Sequence record: MW845758.1 | Reading direction: 5' to 3' (one strand) | Length of the DNA: 64,000 nt | In this document: positions 26,090 to 38,100 of the stretch, one piece after another | Layout: each line of letters opens with the position of its first letter | How positions within the stretch are numbered: position 1 is the first letter of the stretch | Translations under genes and position numbers: made by a program | The notes under the pieces: generated by a model | Database searches by the model: none | What the model saw: only the letters and a program-made list of their open reading frames with translations | Told to the model about the DNA's origin: nothing

Positions 26090-29000
26090 TTAAGACGTTA
26101 GATTACCCGACGGGATTAACATAAGATTGACCGTTATCTCGCTGAGTGTCACTGCCGCACCATCTGGCCCAAAGAACTTGGAAGCGATAACCACCTCACT
26201 GTTCGACCCGTTTGCCCGGATAAGGAACGGGGGTGTGTACGAAATCTCCGGAGCCACAATCACGACCACCGGTGAGGTGCCCGCAACCGGGGTAAAGATG
26301 TGTGAGATGGTTTCCAACACATCGGTATTACCCAAGTCTGTGCCCATTGGCTGCACCCACGCCACAACGCTTGTGTCTGAACTGCGGGTCAACTCACGTT
26401 CCGTTGTTCCGTTCCAGTCATAAGCGATAAAGGCCACGTAGCATGGCGTCGCCCCCGGTGATTCCGATGTGCGAATCGCCACGGTGTGCTGCCCATTACT
26501 CACCGGGTAGTCGTACGTTGCGACCGTCTTATACCCGTTAGTAATCGACCCCACTTGCACGCCGTCAATGTACACAATAGCCGAGTCATCCACCGCCGCT
26601 TTAATGCGCAGTGTGCCACCCGTGGTTGTGACTTTGAACTTGGTGCCGAATGAGGACGCTGCTGGCATTATCTTGTCACCGAGGTTAATCCAAATCATGC
26701 CCAGTGCATACGCATCCGGGTTCATGGCCTGGGTAACCGGTGTCGCGATAGCAGGATGCCAAAACAACTCAGCCAATGACGAGCCAGAGTACCACGGTTG
26801 GGAAGCCGGCACATAACGACTGATGAGCGGTCGTGTCAGAAGCCGACTGGCAGTTACGGCTAACGACCCTTGCGTCAGGTACGTTTCACCGTCAACACCC
26901 GCGGGCAATGCTTTCACCAGCCCCAGCGGTGATTCTGCCAACTCACGAACCGGGTTCGAGTCGTGACGATACACAATCCCCATGTGTTCTTCTAACTGAC
27001 GCACACCGCCTAAACGCTTCACCGCTTTGATGTCGGTATCGCTGATAGTCGTGTCGTTGGTCGTTGCGTAACCGATATACAGACGGGTGTCTGAGTCCGG
27101 GTAGCGCGTCTGACTCACGAGGTAACGTGCGGAGAGCGTAGAGCCATCTGTGAACGTTTCTGCGTAGAAGTAGAACGTTTGGTTCTGCCATGTGGTAAAG
27201 GACTTGGAGAAGTCGATGCTGTATTGCGGTAACGTGTACTCAGCAGACTTAATAAAGAAACGCTCTGCTTCAGTGATGTACAGAATCGCGCCGGTCTCAA
27301 CCTGTGGCCCTGCCAAGATAACGTTGCGTCCGGCCTGTTGGTCGTAAGCAATCGTGTTCCCCGGATACGCCACCCCACCGATATACACGCCGTTGTAAAC
27401 AAATCCCCCGGCCATGATTTCGTTGGTCTCAGGCATGTGGATAAGATCCAACTCACCCGACCCGATGTAGAAGGAGTTACGGGCAACCTGCCATGCACTC
27501 CAACTGGTGTTACAGCGCAACGTAAACGACACGTTAGCCGCCGTCCCGGTCGTTAACCAACGTGCCAGTACACGCGTACGAATCACCCAACCATCCGCAC
27601 ACTTAATCAGACGCATCTGGCTGACATTGCTGTCTGCCACTTGCAGGTCTGTGGTGTTGATGGTGTACGTGTGTTTGCTCACGATGACCGTTGGTGAAGC
27701 GAAGTTCATCACCAGTGTGTTGGAGTTGAACGTGAACGGGATTTTGAAGAGATACGCGTAGTTGACGTAGACGCCCGATTCATTCTTCGCGATGTACTGC
27801 GCAGACGCAATCAGGACGTTCTGTCCACCGATGTCGAAGAAGTGTAACCAGTACAAGCGTTTCTCTGTTGCCGCAGCACTCCACTCAGGAATGTTGTTTA
27901 TCAGGAAATTCTCGTAGTCCGTCCACTGTTGTGCTGACACCGTAATCCGGTCAGCCGTCAGCGTGGTGGAACCCGCAACGTTCTTGTAGGCTTGTGAACC
28001 GGCAGCCATAAAGGACGTTCCGTTCAGGTAACACTTCGAACCATCCCACACGTACCCTAAACGACACACATTCTCGTAGTCCGTTTGAGAAATCGCCGTT
28101 CGGTCGTTACTTGGCCCCCAGCCACCGTAGTTCGGTACACCGTACGTGGTATCCGGGTTGTACGCACTGCGCAGACACACGGCAGTGCCACGTTGACGGA
28201 ACGCCAGTTGTTTCGACGTACCACCCAAGTGAACCAGACCACGCTCACGGAAACCGTACAGCGTACCGTACGGGCCGAGTACCGGGAGTTGCTGGTAGGA
28301 ATCCGGCAGCACGTTATTCCAACGCAGAGCATCGAACGGGCTACCGTAAACGGTTGACGTCTTACCACGATAAAGAACGTCTTCGGTTTCACTTCCCCCG
28401 CACCAGTAACTGATACCGTTTGCGTTAATGAACGCAGAGATGTAGGACGCCCCGTACGCAACACTTAACCCCGTGGCTTTATACTCGCCCTTTGGAAACT
28501 CAACGCCGTTTACCCCCAACTTCAACGGGAAGTAATCGTCATCCAACGTCACAGTACCTGCATCCAAGTCAATCACGAACGAAACTGTCCATGCTGGGCC
28601 AAGGATACTGGCTGTCGCACCTGTCGGGCGACCACGCGGGTGCAGACGCACACGCACTTGGTCATCTTCTGCCGCAGCCATTACCGTACGCCCCGAGTAA
28701 GAGACAACGGCCGGAGTAGACCACTTGGCCAACGCCTCAGCAGTTGCGTACCAGAGGTTGGTGGTTGCCGGGTCTGTGGAATTCAGACCTTGGGTAACGA
28801 AGCGACCAATATCCCCATCCGCGTATTTCCCGGTGAGTTTGACCACCGCCAGCACCACGTCGGTTTGGGTACCGAAGGATGCCAGTGGGGTTGACCACGC
28901 AACAACGAAGAAGTCATCGTTGTTTAATACCGCCTGTAACAGCAGCACTCTGTCTTGCGTGACCACCACGCGACACTCGTTCGGGTTCACCGCTTTAATG

Positions 29001-31051
29001 GCGACACTGGACGTTGGTGTGGCTTGTGTGATACGGGCGACGCGGGTGTGCTTCGCCATGTTGATGGTGCCATCGAACAGCACGAGATAGTTATTACCAT
29101 CTGTACCGACGAACACCATCCCATCTTCCCCAACCGCGATAATCTTGGTCGGTTGTACACCGGGAGCGATAGCTGCTAGTCCCGTAGGAACATAACGGGC
29201 CGTGGTGGGTGACGGGTTAGCAAGCGTACCGTCTGAGCCGATGCTGGCTGACCAGTACAGGATTTTCTCAGAGCCCGGGTAACCATCTGTTGCGTTACGC
29301 AGGATGAATACCTTGCCGTTCTCTTCCCTGACAACACACGCCGCATCGCTGTTCACCAACTGCGCAAAGCCTGTGTAATTCCCGGCCGTTGGAATGGGCA
29401 GGAAACTCAGGTTACCGTACGACGCACCCAGAACTGCCCACGTTGGAATCAACCCGTTGGCTTTCTCTTCCAAGTCGCTCAACGTGGCTTCAAGCGTGTA
29501 CCCCTGCTTAGACGTCACCACACGGTCTGTGGACTGGTCGATGATATCCCAGAGTAAGACTAACCCTGCCGCTGAAGAACTCGCGTACGGGACGCCTGTG
29601 ACGTCTGCGAGGGTATGCGTGTGAGTGGTCAGCGCTTTGTTCGCCAATGCTGCGGTCAACGCCTTGGTTACGGGTTTATCCGCCGCCGTGGTGTTGTTCA
29701 TCTTGTCCACACCTACATCTGATGCGGTTAAGACCAGCGCTTGGTTGCCATCAAAGCCTTTCCCGTTGACGGTGTAACTGTCATCGATGTAGTTGTCGAG
29801 CAAATCACGCATTGCAGTAATTGCTGCCTGCGAGATAGCATAACCGTCTGTCGCGTTAGTGCGAATAGACGTGACCTTCACCAACCCAATCACTCCGACC
29901 GATGCTTCCGGCAGGTTAGCTTCCAGACGAAACGCCGAGTACGACTTACCGCTACCGTAAACTTTCACGGTGTCGGTTGAGGCCATGTACGCGTTGGCTG
30001 CTTTGAGTTTCACCTCGTGCAGGTAGAGTTCCACCATGTCCGGCGTAATCAGGTACACCCCGTTGAACACCGGTGCCAACGCATCAGGCCCTGAGTGCAC
30101 CATCAGGGTGTTGAGACCCGCAGACATTTCAACAGCCACGCCATTATTGTTACTGGCGGAGTCCGCCGTAAAGGTCATGGCTTTTTTGGTGGAGACGAGG
30201 ACGTTCGACCCTTTGAAAGTGATAACGTGATCAGCATTCGCCGTGGTGTACGTCAGGACGTTGTTGTTCAGTACCCGCAAGCGACCCATCACGTTGTTAA
30301 ACGCGGTGTCGTTACGCATCAACTGGGCAATGTGTTGGGCACCAATGCCACTACTCGTCATTAACGCAACCATGGTCGATAAGGTCATGCCAAACGCCAG
30401 CGTCGAGTCCACGGCTTTATCAGTGACGCCTAACGCCCCAATATCCGCTGCTGTGTACGAGTGACCTTGCGACTTCAGCAGATGGTGTTGATACAACCCA
30501 TCGTCGAACACTTTCTTGCCGGTCTGGTAAATCAGGTCGGTCACATCGCTGTACGCTTCATCCATATCGGCGGCGCGAGCAATGATACCGTTTTTGATGT
30601 CGTTTAAAGCCGCGACGATGTCATCGCGGGCAATCGCCTCATCCATGTCCTGTGGCGGGTCAATCGCCGGAATGGTAGGCGCGTAACGCATCAGTTCAGA
30701 CCAGTCGACGTTGCGCGGATCTTTGATGTCTTCAGATACCAGCCACTTACCGATTTCCGTTTGTGGCACACGGTAATCTCGCCCAACAGCGTAGATGCTG
30801 TATTTACAGGCGTCGTGGTTAAGCAGCATTATCCCGCCGAAGATGGCAGCCTGAAACGCCTCAGCGGCTTCTTTGTAATAGTAGCCGAGGTAATAGTCCA
30901 GACCTTCGATAAGCGGGACGTCATTTAAATCGGTGATAACCAACCCGGTACGGTAGAAAGGGCCTTCTGGCGGAATGACCGTACTGTAACGGTTCGGGTA
31001 CGTGGCTAATTTTAGCGTACCGTCAAACTGGGCCGGGGTTTCCGTCGCCAT
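26090..31051 (-). CDS. Large tail-fibre-like protein (1653 aa)
   Basis: PEGPFY..GLDYYL N-module; NNTTAADKPV..THTH shaft motif; beta-rich body; C-terminal VDDSAIVYIDG beta-sandwich. Confidence 0.8.
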   Translation of the reverse strand: MATETPAQFDGTLKLATYPNRYSTVIPPEGPFYRTGLVITDLNDVPLIEGLDYYLGYYYKEAAEAFQAAIFGGIMLLNHDACKYSIYAVGRDYRVPQTEIGKWLVSEDIKDPRNVDWSELMRYAPTIPAIDPPQDMDEAIARDDIVAALNDIKNGIIARAADMDEAYSDVTDLIYQTGKKVFDDGLYQHHLLKSQGHSYTAADIGALGVTDKAVDSTLAFGMTLSTMVALMTSSGIGAQHIAQLMRNDTAFNNVMGRLRVLNNNVLTYTTANADHVITFKGSNVLVSTKKAMTFTADSASNNNGVAVEMSAGLNTLMVHSGPDALAPVFNGVYLITPDMVELYLHEVKLKAANAYMASTDTVKVYGSGKSYSAFRLEANLPEASVGVIGLVKVTSIRTNATDGYAISQAAITAMRDLLDNYIDDSYTVNGKGFDGNQALVLTASDVGVDKMNNTTAADKPVTKALTAALANKALTTHTHTLADVTGVPYASSSAAGLVLLWDIIDQSTDRVVTSKQGYTLEATLSDLEEKANGLIPTWAVLGASYGNLSFLPIPTAGNYTGFAQLVNSDAACVVREENGKVFILRNATDGYPGSEKILYWSASIGSDGTLANPSPTTARYVPTGLAAIAPGVQPTKIIAVGEDGMVFVGTDGNNYLVLFDGTINMAKHTRVARITQATPTSSVAIKAVNPNECRVVVTQDRVLLLQAVLNNDDFFVVAWSTPLASFGTQTDVVLAVVKLTGKYADGDIGRFVTQGLNSTDPATTNLWYATAEALAKWSTPAVVSYSGRTVMAAAEDDQVRVRLHPRGRPTGATASILGPAWTVSFVIDLDAGTVTLDDDYFPLKLGVNGVEFPKGEYKATGLSVAYGASYISAFINANGISYWCGGSETEDVLYRGKTSTVYGSPFDALRWNNVLPDSYQQLPVLGPYGTLYGFRERGLVHLGGTSKQLAFRQRGTAVCLRSAYNPDTTYGVPNYGGWGPSNDRTAISQTDYENVCRLGYVWDGSKCYLNGTSFMAAGSQAYKNVAGSTTLTADRITVSAQQWTDYENFLINNIPEWSAAATEKRLYWLHFFDIGGQNVLIASAQYIAKNESGVYVNYAYLFKIPFTFNSNTLVMNFASPTVIVSKHTYTINTTDLQVADSNVSQMRLIKCADGWVIRTRVLARWLTTGTAANVSFTLRCNTSWSAWQVARNSFYIGSGELDLIHMPETNEIMAGGFVYNGVYIGGVAYPGNTIAYDQQAGRNVILAGPQVETGAILYITEAERFFIKSAEYTLPQYSIDFSKSFTTWQNQTFYFYAETFTDGSTLSARYLVSQTRYPDSDTRLYIGYATTNDTTISDTDIKAVKRLGGVRQLEEHMGIVYRHDSNPVRELAESPLGLVKALPAGVDGETYLTQGSLAVTASRLLTRPLISRYVPASQPWYSGSSLAELFWHPAIATPVTQAMNPDAYALGMIWINLGDKIMPAASSFGTKFKVTTTGGTLRIKAAVDDSAIVYIDGVQVGSITNGYKTVATYDYPVSNGQHTVAIRTSESPGATPCYVAFIAYDWNGTTERELTRSSDTSVVAWVQPMGTDLGNTDVLETISHIFTPVAGTSPVVVIVAPEISYTPPFLIRANGSNSEVVIASKFFGPDGAAVTLSEITVNLMLIPSGNLTS

Positions 31052-31083
31052 GTGTAAACTCCCACTTCTTAAAGAAAACGGAA

Positions 31084-31129
31084 GCCGTCCCCCGAAAGGG
31101 ACGGCGCTTACGGACGGGTTGTCCGTAAG
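31084..31129 (-). terminator. Tandem hairpins / probable terminator between fibre genes
   Basis: GCCGTCCC/GGGACGGC (31084-31105) and CTTACGGAC/GTCCGTAAG (31107-31129); minus-strand tail TTCCGTTTTCTTT. Confidence 0.6.
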
Positions 31130-31138
31130 GACTTCCCG

Positions 31139-34100
31139 TTAGTTCCAAACTCCCAACGTGCTGCTCACACCGGTTTCTGCTTGCATCGCCGCACTCACCC
31201 AATCCCACATGGTCGTGGTCAGGTTAAACGGGTTAAACTTGCAGAGGTACAACGCGCCACTGGTATCAGACATCACCGTGGTAACGGCTGCTTCCCCAAA
31301 CTCCACCGTCGCCACCTTTGTCCCGTTTTTGTAGAACGAGATAGTTGACTCGAAGAAGAATGGAGCGGGCACTGCACCGTTTGGCATAAAGTCGAAATAC
31401 ACCACGTCGTCTTTATAGCCGACCACCGGGATGGATGTCTGGTTTGAACTGGCAGCGTTATTCGCCAGCACACCAGATAACACCCGCACACCCGACGCGT
31501 AAGCGGTAAACGCGTAGTTCGCGTAGCCTGACCAGTCCACCTTGTCGTAATCAACCGGTGCACTGATGGCAATACCGAACTCTGAAGACTGCTTCGCGCC
31601 CCGGTTAGGGTTTGCTGTGTCTGACCAGAGTTTGGCCCGGGTGAGTTCACTGCCGGCTGTCAGTCCATGTGGCAAGCAATGCGTACGGAAATACAACGGG
31701 CTGTACTTACTCGGGGGCACCAACACCGCGTTGCCGCTTTGTGGAACACCAATGTACTCCGTTGCCCCACGCAAGGCTCCCCAGTTACCGGGTACCCCAC
31801 CGTAAAGGAACTTCTGCTGCAATCCACGTCCAGCACCTTGAGCAGCAAAATCCGCTCCACGAACATAACACTCGAACAGGCTACGGAAATAGCTGTAGTT
31901 GTGATAATCCGCAGAAGGGAAAATTGCCCCCGCGAGGGCGTGGTTAGCCGCGGTGGTTTGTTCCATACGGTTAAAGCCCACGAACCCACCCATGCAGTCA
32001 CGAACATCAAACGGCATTTCGTAGGTGACATTACGAACGGTTGGTGTTAACGCACTGCCTTCGTAACGCACAAACTGCACACGCAACGTCAGGGTCTTTG
32101 GCACGAACCGATAACGAACGATGTATCGCGTCTCCAACAGTCCTGTGTCGTCAGCGCCCCACGTCGATGGGTCGGTGGCTTCAGCACTGCTGATGTCGTA
32201 CGGATGCACCAGAAGCGATGGGAACATGCCTTGCTCAAGCGGGGTAAACGCAGTTGGGTTACTTGCCATGGCTGGCATATACCCGTACTCCGCCACATCC
32301 GTGAAGACGTTAAGGTGGAAGAACTTGTGATGGCCATTCTTTGCTTTTTGTGCAAAGGTCAGCCACAAGTCCGTCCCACCACTGCCTGCGGTTGCGTTCG
32401 GTGGTAAGATTAAGACCAGTGAACCTTCATACGTGAGCAGGTTGTTCTCGTACGGGTTAGCCGGCGTCTTCCACTGTTGCGGAGCATTGTACTGCGTGTC
32501 CAACCAAAGCGAGAGTTGCCCGTTCGGATTTGCGGCAGGAGAAGCGGAGATCATTCCTGATACTCGCCCGATAGCACCACTCGGCGCGCCTGCTGCGATA
32601 TAGTCCGGGGTATCAGACGCGATATTCACACGTTTGAAGTCCTGATTATCCGTGAGGTACCAATCGCTGCTTTCCGGTACGTGAGCAGGTACCAAGTCCT
32701 GATGCGCTGTCAGCTCACCAAACTGACCGAAGTCTGCCATGGTATCAAACGCAACCGTCGTGGTCGCCACACCCGTTGCACCACAATCCACAAAGCCGAT
32801 AAAGCACTGTGTGGTGTTGATGTCATCGGAAGCGATAGGCTCAGCACGCCCAAACATTGAACCGGTGTTCATGTTGAGATACAGGAAGTGACGGTTATTC
32901 AGCGGACTGACAAACTCAGCCAGTTGCACCAACTTCGTATCTGCAGACGAGGCCACGATGGGATAGTTGGTGTCCCAAATCTCAAAGGCCAGTGCAGCCG
33001 GTTTGCTGCTGTCGTTACAGTCCGCACGGAACGCGACACAGTGAGTTGCGAGTGATGGGTCAACATCAAACGTGGCATCCACTGTTGCCGCACCCGATGC
33101 GACTAACGCCCCATCAATGTACAGGCTGATATTCCCGCCTGCCACTGCCATCACCCTGAGACGGCCTGTGGAGCACGAGACGCGCTCTTTAGCCAAAACA
33201 GAGATGACGGATAGGTCACCGACTTGCGAGGCTGTGAGACCGACTGTACGTGCGTATAAAGGCAGTGTGGTTACGCTTGAGGTTAAGGTCAGTTGCGTGT
33301 TGTGCACTACCCCTTTCGCCCAGTTACGCTCTAACACGTTGGTCGGTTGGAACCAGTTGAACATTGGGGTCGTTTCCAAGTTCACGGAACCAGTAACCTT
33401 GCCTTCTTTACGACTCCCGTCTGCCATGAAGAAATACTTCAGGTCTTGTACGGAGACCGACAGTTTCGAACTGGCCACTGTCCACGTCGACGCGCCAATT
33501 ACCGCGTAGTCAGTAACGGCTTTTGGATCGGCGTCTTTGAGTTTATCCGCAATCGCCGCCAGTTGCAGCTGGAGTTGATACAACACGTTAGGTGCTGTAC
33601 CGCGTCCGGTTGCTAATGCCGCTTCTGTTGTGGCAATACGGATAATCCCTTCGTCGTCCGTGGTGGCATTCGGTACATTCAACGACGCCCACGCGTGGGT
33701 GTGCGTTTTAGCCGACTTGCCATCCAACCCGGTCTGTAGCGCTTCTGACAACGGCTTATCGACATCGGCGGTGTTATCCGCCGCGTCCAGCCCCAAATCA
33801 GCCTTGGTCAAAGTACGAGAGCCGTCGTCCATCGCCACCGAGTTCAATCGGGTTGCTTTAGGAACAAAGGCACCGAGCTTCGAGTCGTACGCGGCTACCG
33901 CTGAAGGTTTCACCGCTTGACCCGAGGCAACACCTGACTTCTCTGTCACAAGCGACACCGCACCGTCTGAACTGACGGTTGCGTTCGGCAGGGCTACGTC
34001 AAAAGAGACCGGGTCGGCTTTCGACCCTTTTCCTTTATACGTCAGTTCTACCGACTGTGACTGCACGTAGAGCTTTGAATCGTCAGGGTCAGTACCGCCA

Positions 34101-35182
34101 CTGTCATCACCGGACTCCTGATAATCCATCAGGGTCGTTGTGGTGAGTAACTGTGTCCCGTTCAGCGTAAGCTTATCCATCCCCAGCGCAGAGCCTGAAG
34201 ATTCGATACGCATCACGTTACCACCGGCCACCCATTCAAAGAACGACGTTCCACCTTTATACCCTGCACGCAGGGCAATACCACCCGTGGTCTTTAAATC
34301 AAACCCGGTGTCGGTAAAGAGGATAGAGGACGCCCCGCTTTGGGATTTGAACAGCGGACGGTTGGCCTGTACCAACTGCACAAAGGTACCTTGGATGTCT
34401 TTAAAGGCATAGGTCTCAATGTACTTGTCGATATCGGATTGTTGCAAACCAAGGGCACGCACTTCCGTGGTAAGCTGACGGAACTTCTTACCGTACGCCA
34501 GAAACGTGTCTGCGGCTTTAAGCGAGATCGGATGGGCATCGATTTGGGTCGCTGTTGTGCCGTGGGGGTTTTTGGCGTTGATGTGACTTGGGTAATCAAA
34601 CGCAGTAATCTCGGCCTGCAGACTTTCCACGGTCACCCGCAGTTGTTCAAGCTTGGCTTTGATTTCGTCATTCGCTGAACCCGCATCCAGTTCCACATCG
34701 TGAATGGCGGAAGCGACATACTTTTTATTCAGCAAATCATGCCACGAGGTTGCAGCCGGCATCACCGGGAACAGCGACGGACGGTTATCAACGTTATACC
34801 AGCTCGCACTGGTTGGGTTGTTCAGGTATTTCACCAACTCATCGAAGGTCTCGAGTAAGCCGTCGTAGAACGTCCCGCCTAAGTGGTACCCTGTGATTAT
34901 CAGCGTGCCTTTAATCGCCGGGTTGATAACATTCACCCCGCAGAACACAGGGCTCGCCACAGAGTCGTCCAGCTCTGTCAGCTGATAAGCCAACTCGTAA
35001 TCGACGCCCGGTGTCAGAGGGTTCGTAGCCGACGCTTGTCGAATACTAAACCCCGACTGGAAGAACGGACGGTGCTGGAGTACCAGCACACGATCCGAGG
35101 CGATGTCCGATTCGAGAATACGCTCCTCAGTAAACTGATTGGTTGTGGCTGTGCCTTTCCAATCGTAAGGAATCGCACTCAT
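31139..35182 (-). CDS. Large tail-fibre-like protein (1347 aa)
   Basis: RPFF..GVDYEL N-module; HINAKNPHGTTA; LTKADLGL..DNTADVDKPLS..THTH. Confidence 0.8.
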   Translation of the reverse strand: MSAIPYDWKGTATTNQFTEERILESDIASDRVLVLQHRPFFQSGFSIRQASATNPLTPGVDYELAYQLTELDDSVASPVFCGVNVINPAIKGTLIITGYHLGGTFYDGLLETFDELVKYLNNPTSASWYNVDNRPSLFPVMPAATSWHDLLNKKYVASAIHDVELDAGSANDEIKAKLEQLRVTVESLQAEITAFDYPSHINAKNPHGTTATQIDAHPISLKAADTFLAYGKKFRQLTTEVRALGLQQSDIDKYIETYAFKDIQGTFVQLVQANRPLFKSQSGASSILFTDTGFDLKTTGGIALRAGYKGGTSFFEWVAGGNVMRIESSGSALGMDKLTLNGTQLLTTTTLMDYQESGDDSGGTDPDDSKLYVQSQSVELTYKGKGSKADPVSFDVALPNATVSSDGAVSLVTEKSGVASGQAVKPSAVAAYDSKLGAFVPKATRLNSVAMDDGSRTLTKADLGLDAADNTADVDKPLSEALQTGLDGKSAKTHTHAWASLNVPNATTDDEGIIRIATTEAALATGRGTAPNVLYQLQLQLAAIADKLKDADPKAVTDYAVIGASTWTVASSKLSVSVQDLKYFFMADGSRKEGKVTGSVNLETTPMFNWFQPTNVLERNWAKGVVHNTQLTLTSSVTTLPLYARTVGLTASQVGDLSVISVLAKERVSCSTGRLRVMAVAGGNISLYIDGALVASGAATVDATFDVDPSLATHCVAFRADCNDSSKPAALAFEIWDTNYPIVASSADTKLVQLAEFVSPLNNRHFLYLNMNTGSMFGRAEPIASDDINTTQCFIGFVDCGATGVATTTVAFDTMADFGQFGELTAHQDLVPAHVPESSDWYLTDNQDFKRVNIASDTPDYIAAGAPSGAIGRVSGMISASPAANPNGQLSLWLDTQYNAPQQWKTPANPYENNLLTYEGSLVLILPPNATAGSGGTDLWLTFAQKAKNGHHKFFHLNVFTDVAEYGYMPAMASNPTAFTPLEQGMFPSLLVHPYDISSAEATDPSTWGADDTGLLETRYIVRYRFVPKTLTLRVQFVRYEGSALTPTVRNVTYEMPFDVRDCMGGFVGFNRMEQTTAANHALAGAIFPSADYHNYSYFRSLFECYVRGADFAAQGAGRGLQQKFLYGGVPGNWGALRGATEYIGVPQSGNAVLVPPSKYSPLYFRTHCLPHGLTAGSELTRAKLWSDTANPNRGAKQSSEFGIAISAPVDYDKVDWSGYANYAFTAYASGVRVLSGVLANNAASSNQTSIPVVGYKDDVVYFDFMPNGAVPAPFFFESTISFYKNGTKVATVEFGEAAVTTVMSDTSGALYLCKFNPFNLTTTMWDWVSAAMQAETGVSSTLGVWN

Positions 35183-35192
35183 TTAGTTCTCC

Positions 35193-38100
35193 TTAATCAC
35201 GAAGCACCACACCGGTGTATCGTTTATTCACTTTGTCGGTGTAAAGGATAAGGTCAGCAGTCGAGATAAACCGCGGGATACCGCCGTACTGCATCTTCGT
35301 GGATTCCGCCTGTACAATGGCAGCACGCAGCGCAGTGTCGGTCATGGCAAGCATCGCCGTTGTCAGCGTTCCTTCGATATACCGCGCACGGTTCAGTCCG
35401 GAGTAGTTCTCCACAAAGGATGGGAGGGTACTGTAAACGTCTGCATCGCCCATCGTTGCCGCAGCATTGACTTGGACACGGAACGTATCGCTAAAGCTTC
35501 CCCCCACGCCGTAGTAGCGTTTGAGTTTGGCTGGTTGGGCATCGGCTAACACAATCCCCGCAGCACTTAAACGTGCGTTCAGGTCAGTGGTAAACGAACC
35601 CACTGTCAGGATACCGGTTTTCAGGTTAAAGGTCATAACCGTTGAGGCCGGCATCTGTACTGTCCAGCGGATTGTGGATGGACCTGCAAACAACGCGGTG
35701 GTACCACCGATACTCGCCCACGTGTTCCCTGCGTTAACCGGGAAGTCTGGGATGCCGATGATTATCTGCTTAGGAGAGCCGTAGTTAATAGCAAACCCAA
35801 GATGACACAGATTACCGCCCGAGTCGGAGATATAGTTAGAGAGACTCAGCAGTAAAGAGAACCGGTTAAAGTTGCCTTTGCTGTCTGTGTATCCCAGTCC
35901 CATGATTTCCAACAAGGAATCCGCATTGCCTGTGATATCCGTCGGATAGAATGTCACCGACATACTGGCCATCTGGTAGTACGCGGAGATACACTGCATC
36001 AGCAGATGGTCGTTCGCGCTCACCCCGTTTGGAGAGAACACAAAGCCATTGTAGCTGCTGTTAAGTGCACCCCACTTCACCGACTCGCGAGATTTCCATC
36101 CAGACACACCACGTCCACGCCAGTCCGCATCCAAACGTTGCTGGCCTTTCAGTCCCCCGAACCAATCTTCTCCCATCGCATTAAAGCTGTAGCCGAACGC
36201 AGCCTGTGACATTGCACGCAAGCTGTGGTCGTTCTTAGAGGCGATATGGTCAACCATTTCACGGAAGTCACCCAAGCGGGTTACGTTACGTAAGGTTGAG
36301 TCAGACACGGTGCTGTCGTTGGTGGTAAAGCTACCAATCTCAGTCAGGGTATCTGATTCTGGGAGTTTGGTTAAACTCACACGGTACTGTCCGGCATTGT
36401 TCGCCACATCGGCATAAACGTAGTACGTTTTATTGCTCGGTGATGAAGTGATTTGCGTCAGGTTAAAGCTGCCCAGTGGAATGTCAAAGCGGGTACGCAC
36501 GAAATACGTGTTGGCTTTGATACTCACCATCCAGCCTGATGCGGTAATCGCGTTAGCAATCACAGCACTGCCCGGTTCCCCGAAACGGATGATGTCAATA
36601 ACCGCACCCGAGTCAACGTTGTTAGCCGAGGCCGACAGCGTACTGGTACGTGTCACAAGCGGTGTCACCAGACCAGAGTCCAGTGCCAGCGAGGCATCAT
36701 CCACCACGCCACCTAATCGCACCAACCCTTTGACTTTGTCGGTTGCCGTAACAATCCCGAGTTCTTCCAAAGTGTGAGTGTGGCCGGTGTCTGCGTACTT
36801 ATCCAGCTCGGCTTGCTGCGCCGTCGAGATGTCCAGTTTTAAGTCCGCAATGTTAGGCACGTTGCCTAAATTAAACGTTACTTTATCAATGGTCACTGAC
36901 GAGGCCAACGACATTCCGTTGATGGTCGCTTTGGACAGCAGCAGTTTACCGGTGAACAACGCATCAAGTTTACTCAGCAGAGCCGGTGTGGCCATCAGGT
37001 CATCACTGGTACCGAAGTCCACTGTTAGCGTACGAAGGGCCGGCGTGTCGCGGTTGGTTTTGGTTGGCGGCACCCACGTCACTTTAAACGGTACTGTTGA
37101 AATACCGTTACCGTTCAGAGTGAATGTCGCAGTAGACTCTCCGTAGAACAAGCCATCCCCTGACCCGGAAACACCCGGCAGATACGGAATTACCGTCGTC
37201 GGGTCGAGTAACGGTTTCCCGTTCCACTGCAAACCACGTGTGTCGTTGTACAACACCAGACTGTTTGCCCCGGCTTTCGCAGTGGCCGTTTGAGTGGTGG
37301 AGTAACGGCTTTCCGCTTTGGATAACAGACGAATCATCTTGTCATCGACAGTACCCAGCGTCTCAACCCCTGCACTCTCTTGTGCTTGTGACGTTGAGGA
37401 GATTTGACCGAGACCCGGTTGCATGGTAAAGGCACCCGGTACTGGGGTGTTGTTACCGATACGCAGGATACGGTTATTTAAATCTGTGGCTTTTGGCAGC
37501 AAGCCATTAATGTACGTGGCGAGCGCTGCTTGGGTACGACCGAAGATAAGTGTTGCATCTGCAGCAATGTCGTTTAACGGTAACGCCAGAATCGAACCCG
37601 GGGTGTCTTCATGGGGGTCGTTCTTATCAAGCACGTGGTCGTGGGCAGGAGAGCCACGATACAGTTCGTTGACGATTTCTGCGTAGTCTTTCAGTAAAGC
37701 TAAGACCGGTGCATTGTCATCCGCGCTGTAACTGTAACCGGGATAGTCGTTAAACGAGAAGGTGTCGTTTTTACCGGCATCGAAATACAAACGGATATCC
37801 GTTACTCGGTTTGTCAGTTTGGTTTCAACGTTGTACAACGTCCACTCTGCCGCGACCGAAGCCGGCGGGTTGTGAATGTCCACAGTGTAGTTAAAGAGCG
37901 TCACACCGTCTTGTACGATGACCACGGACAACGTGTCGTGCGTCTTACTGTTAATCACCGTGACGGTAAACGGTTTCTGGAAAAGGTTTAACCCTTTGCC
38001 GAGCGTTGTAATCGGATACGTAGTGGAATTGGCATACAGCACCAACGCCAAATCGCCGCTGAGGTATTCGAGACCCAGCGCCACAAAACCAGAACCCCAG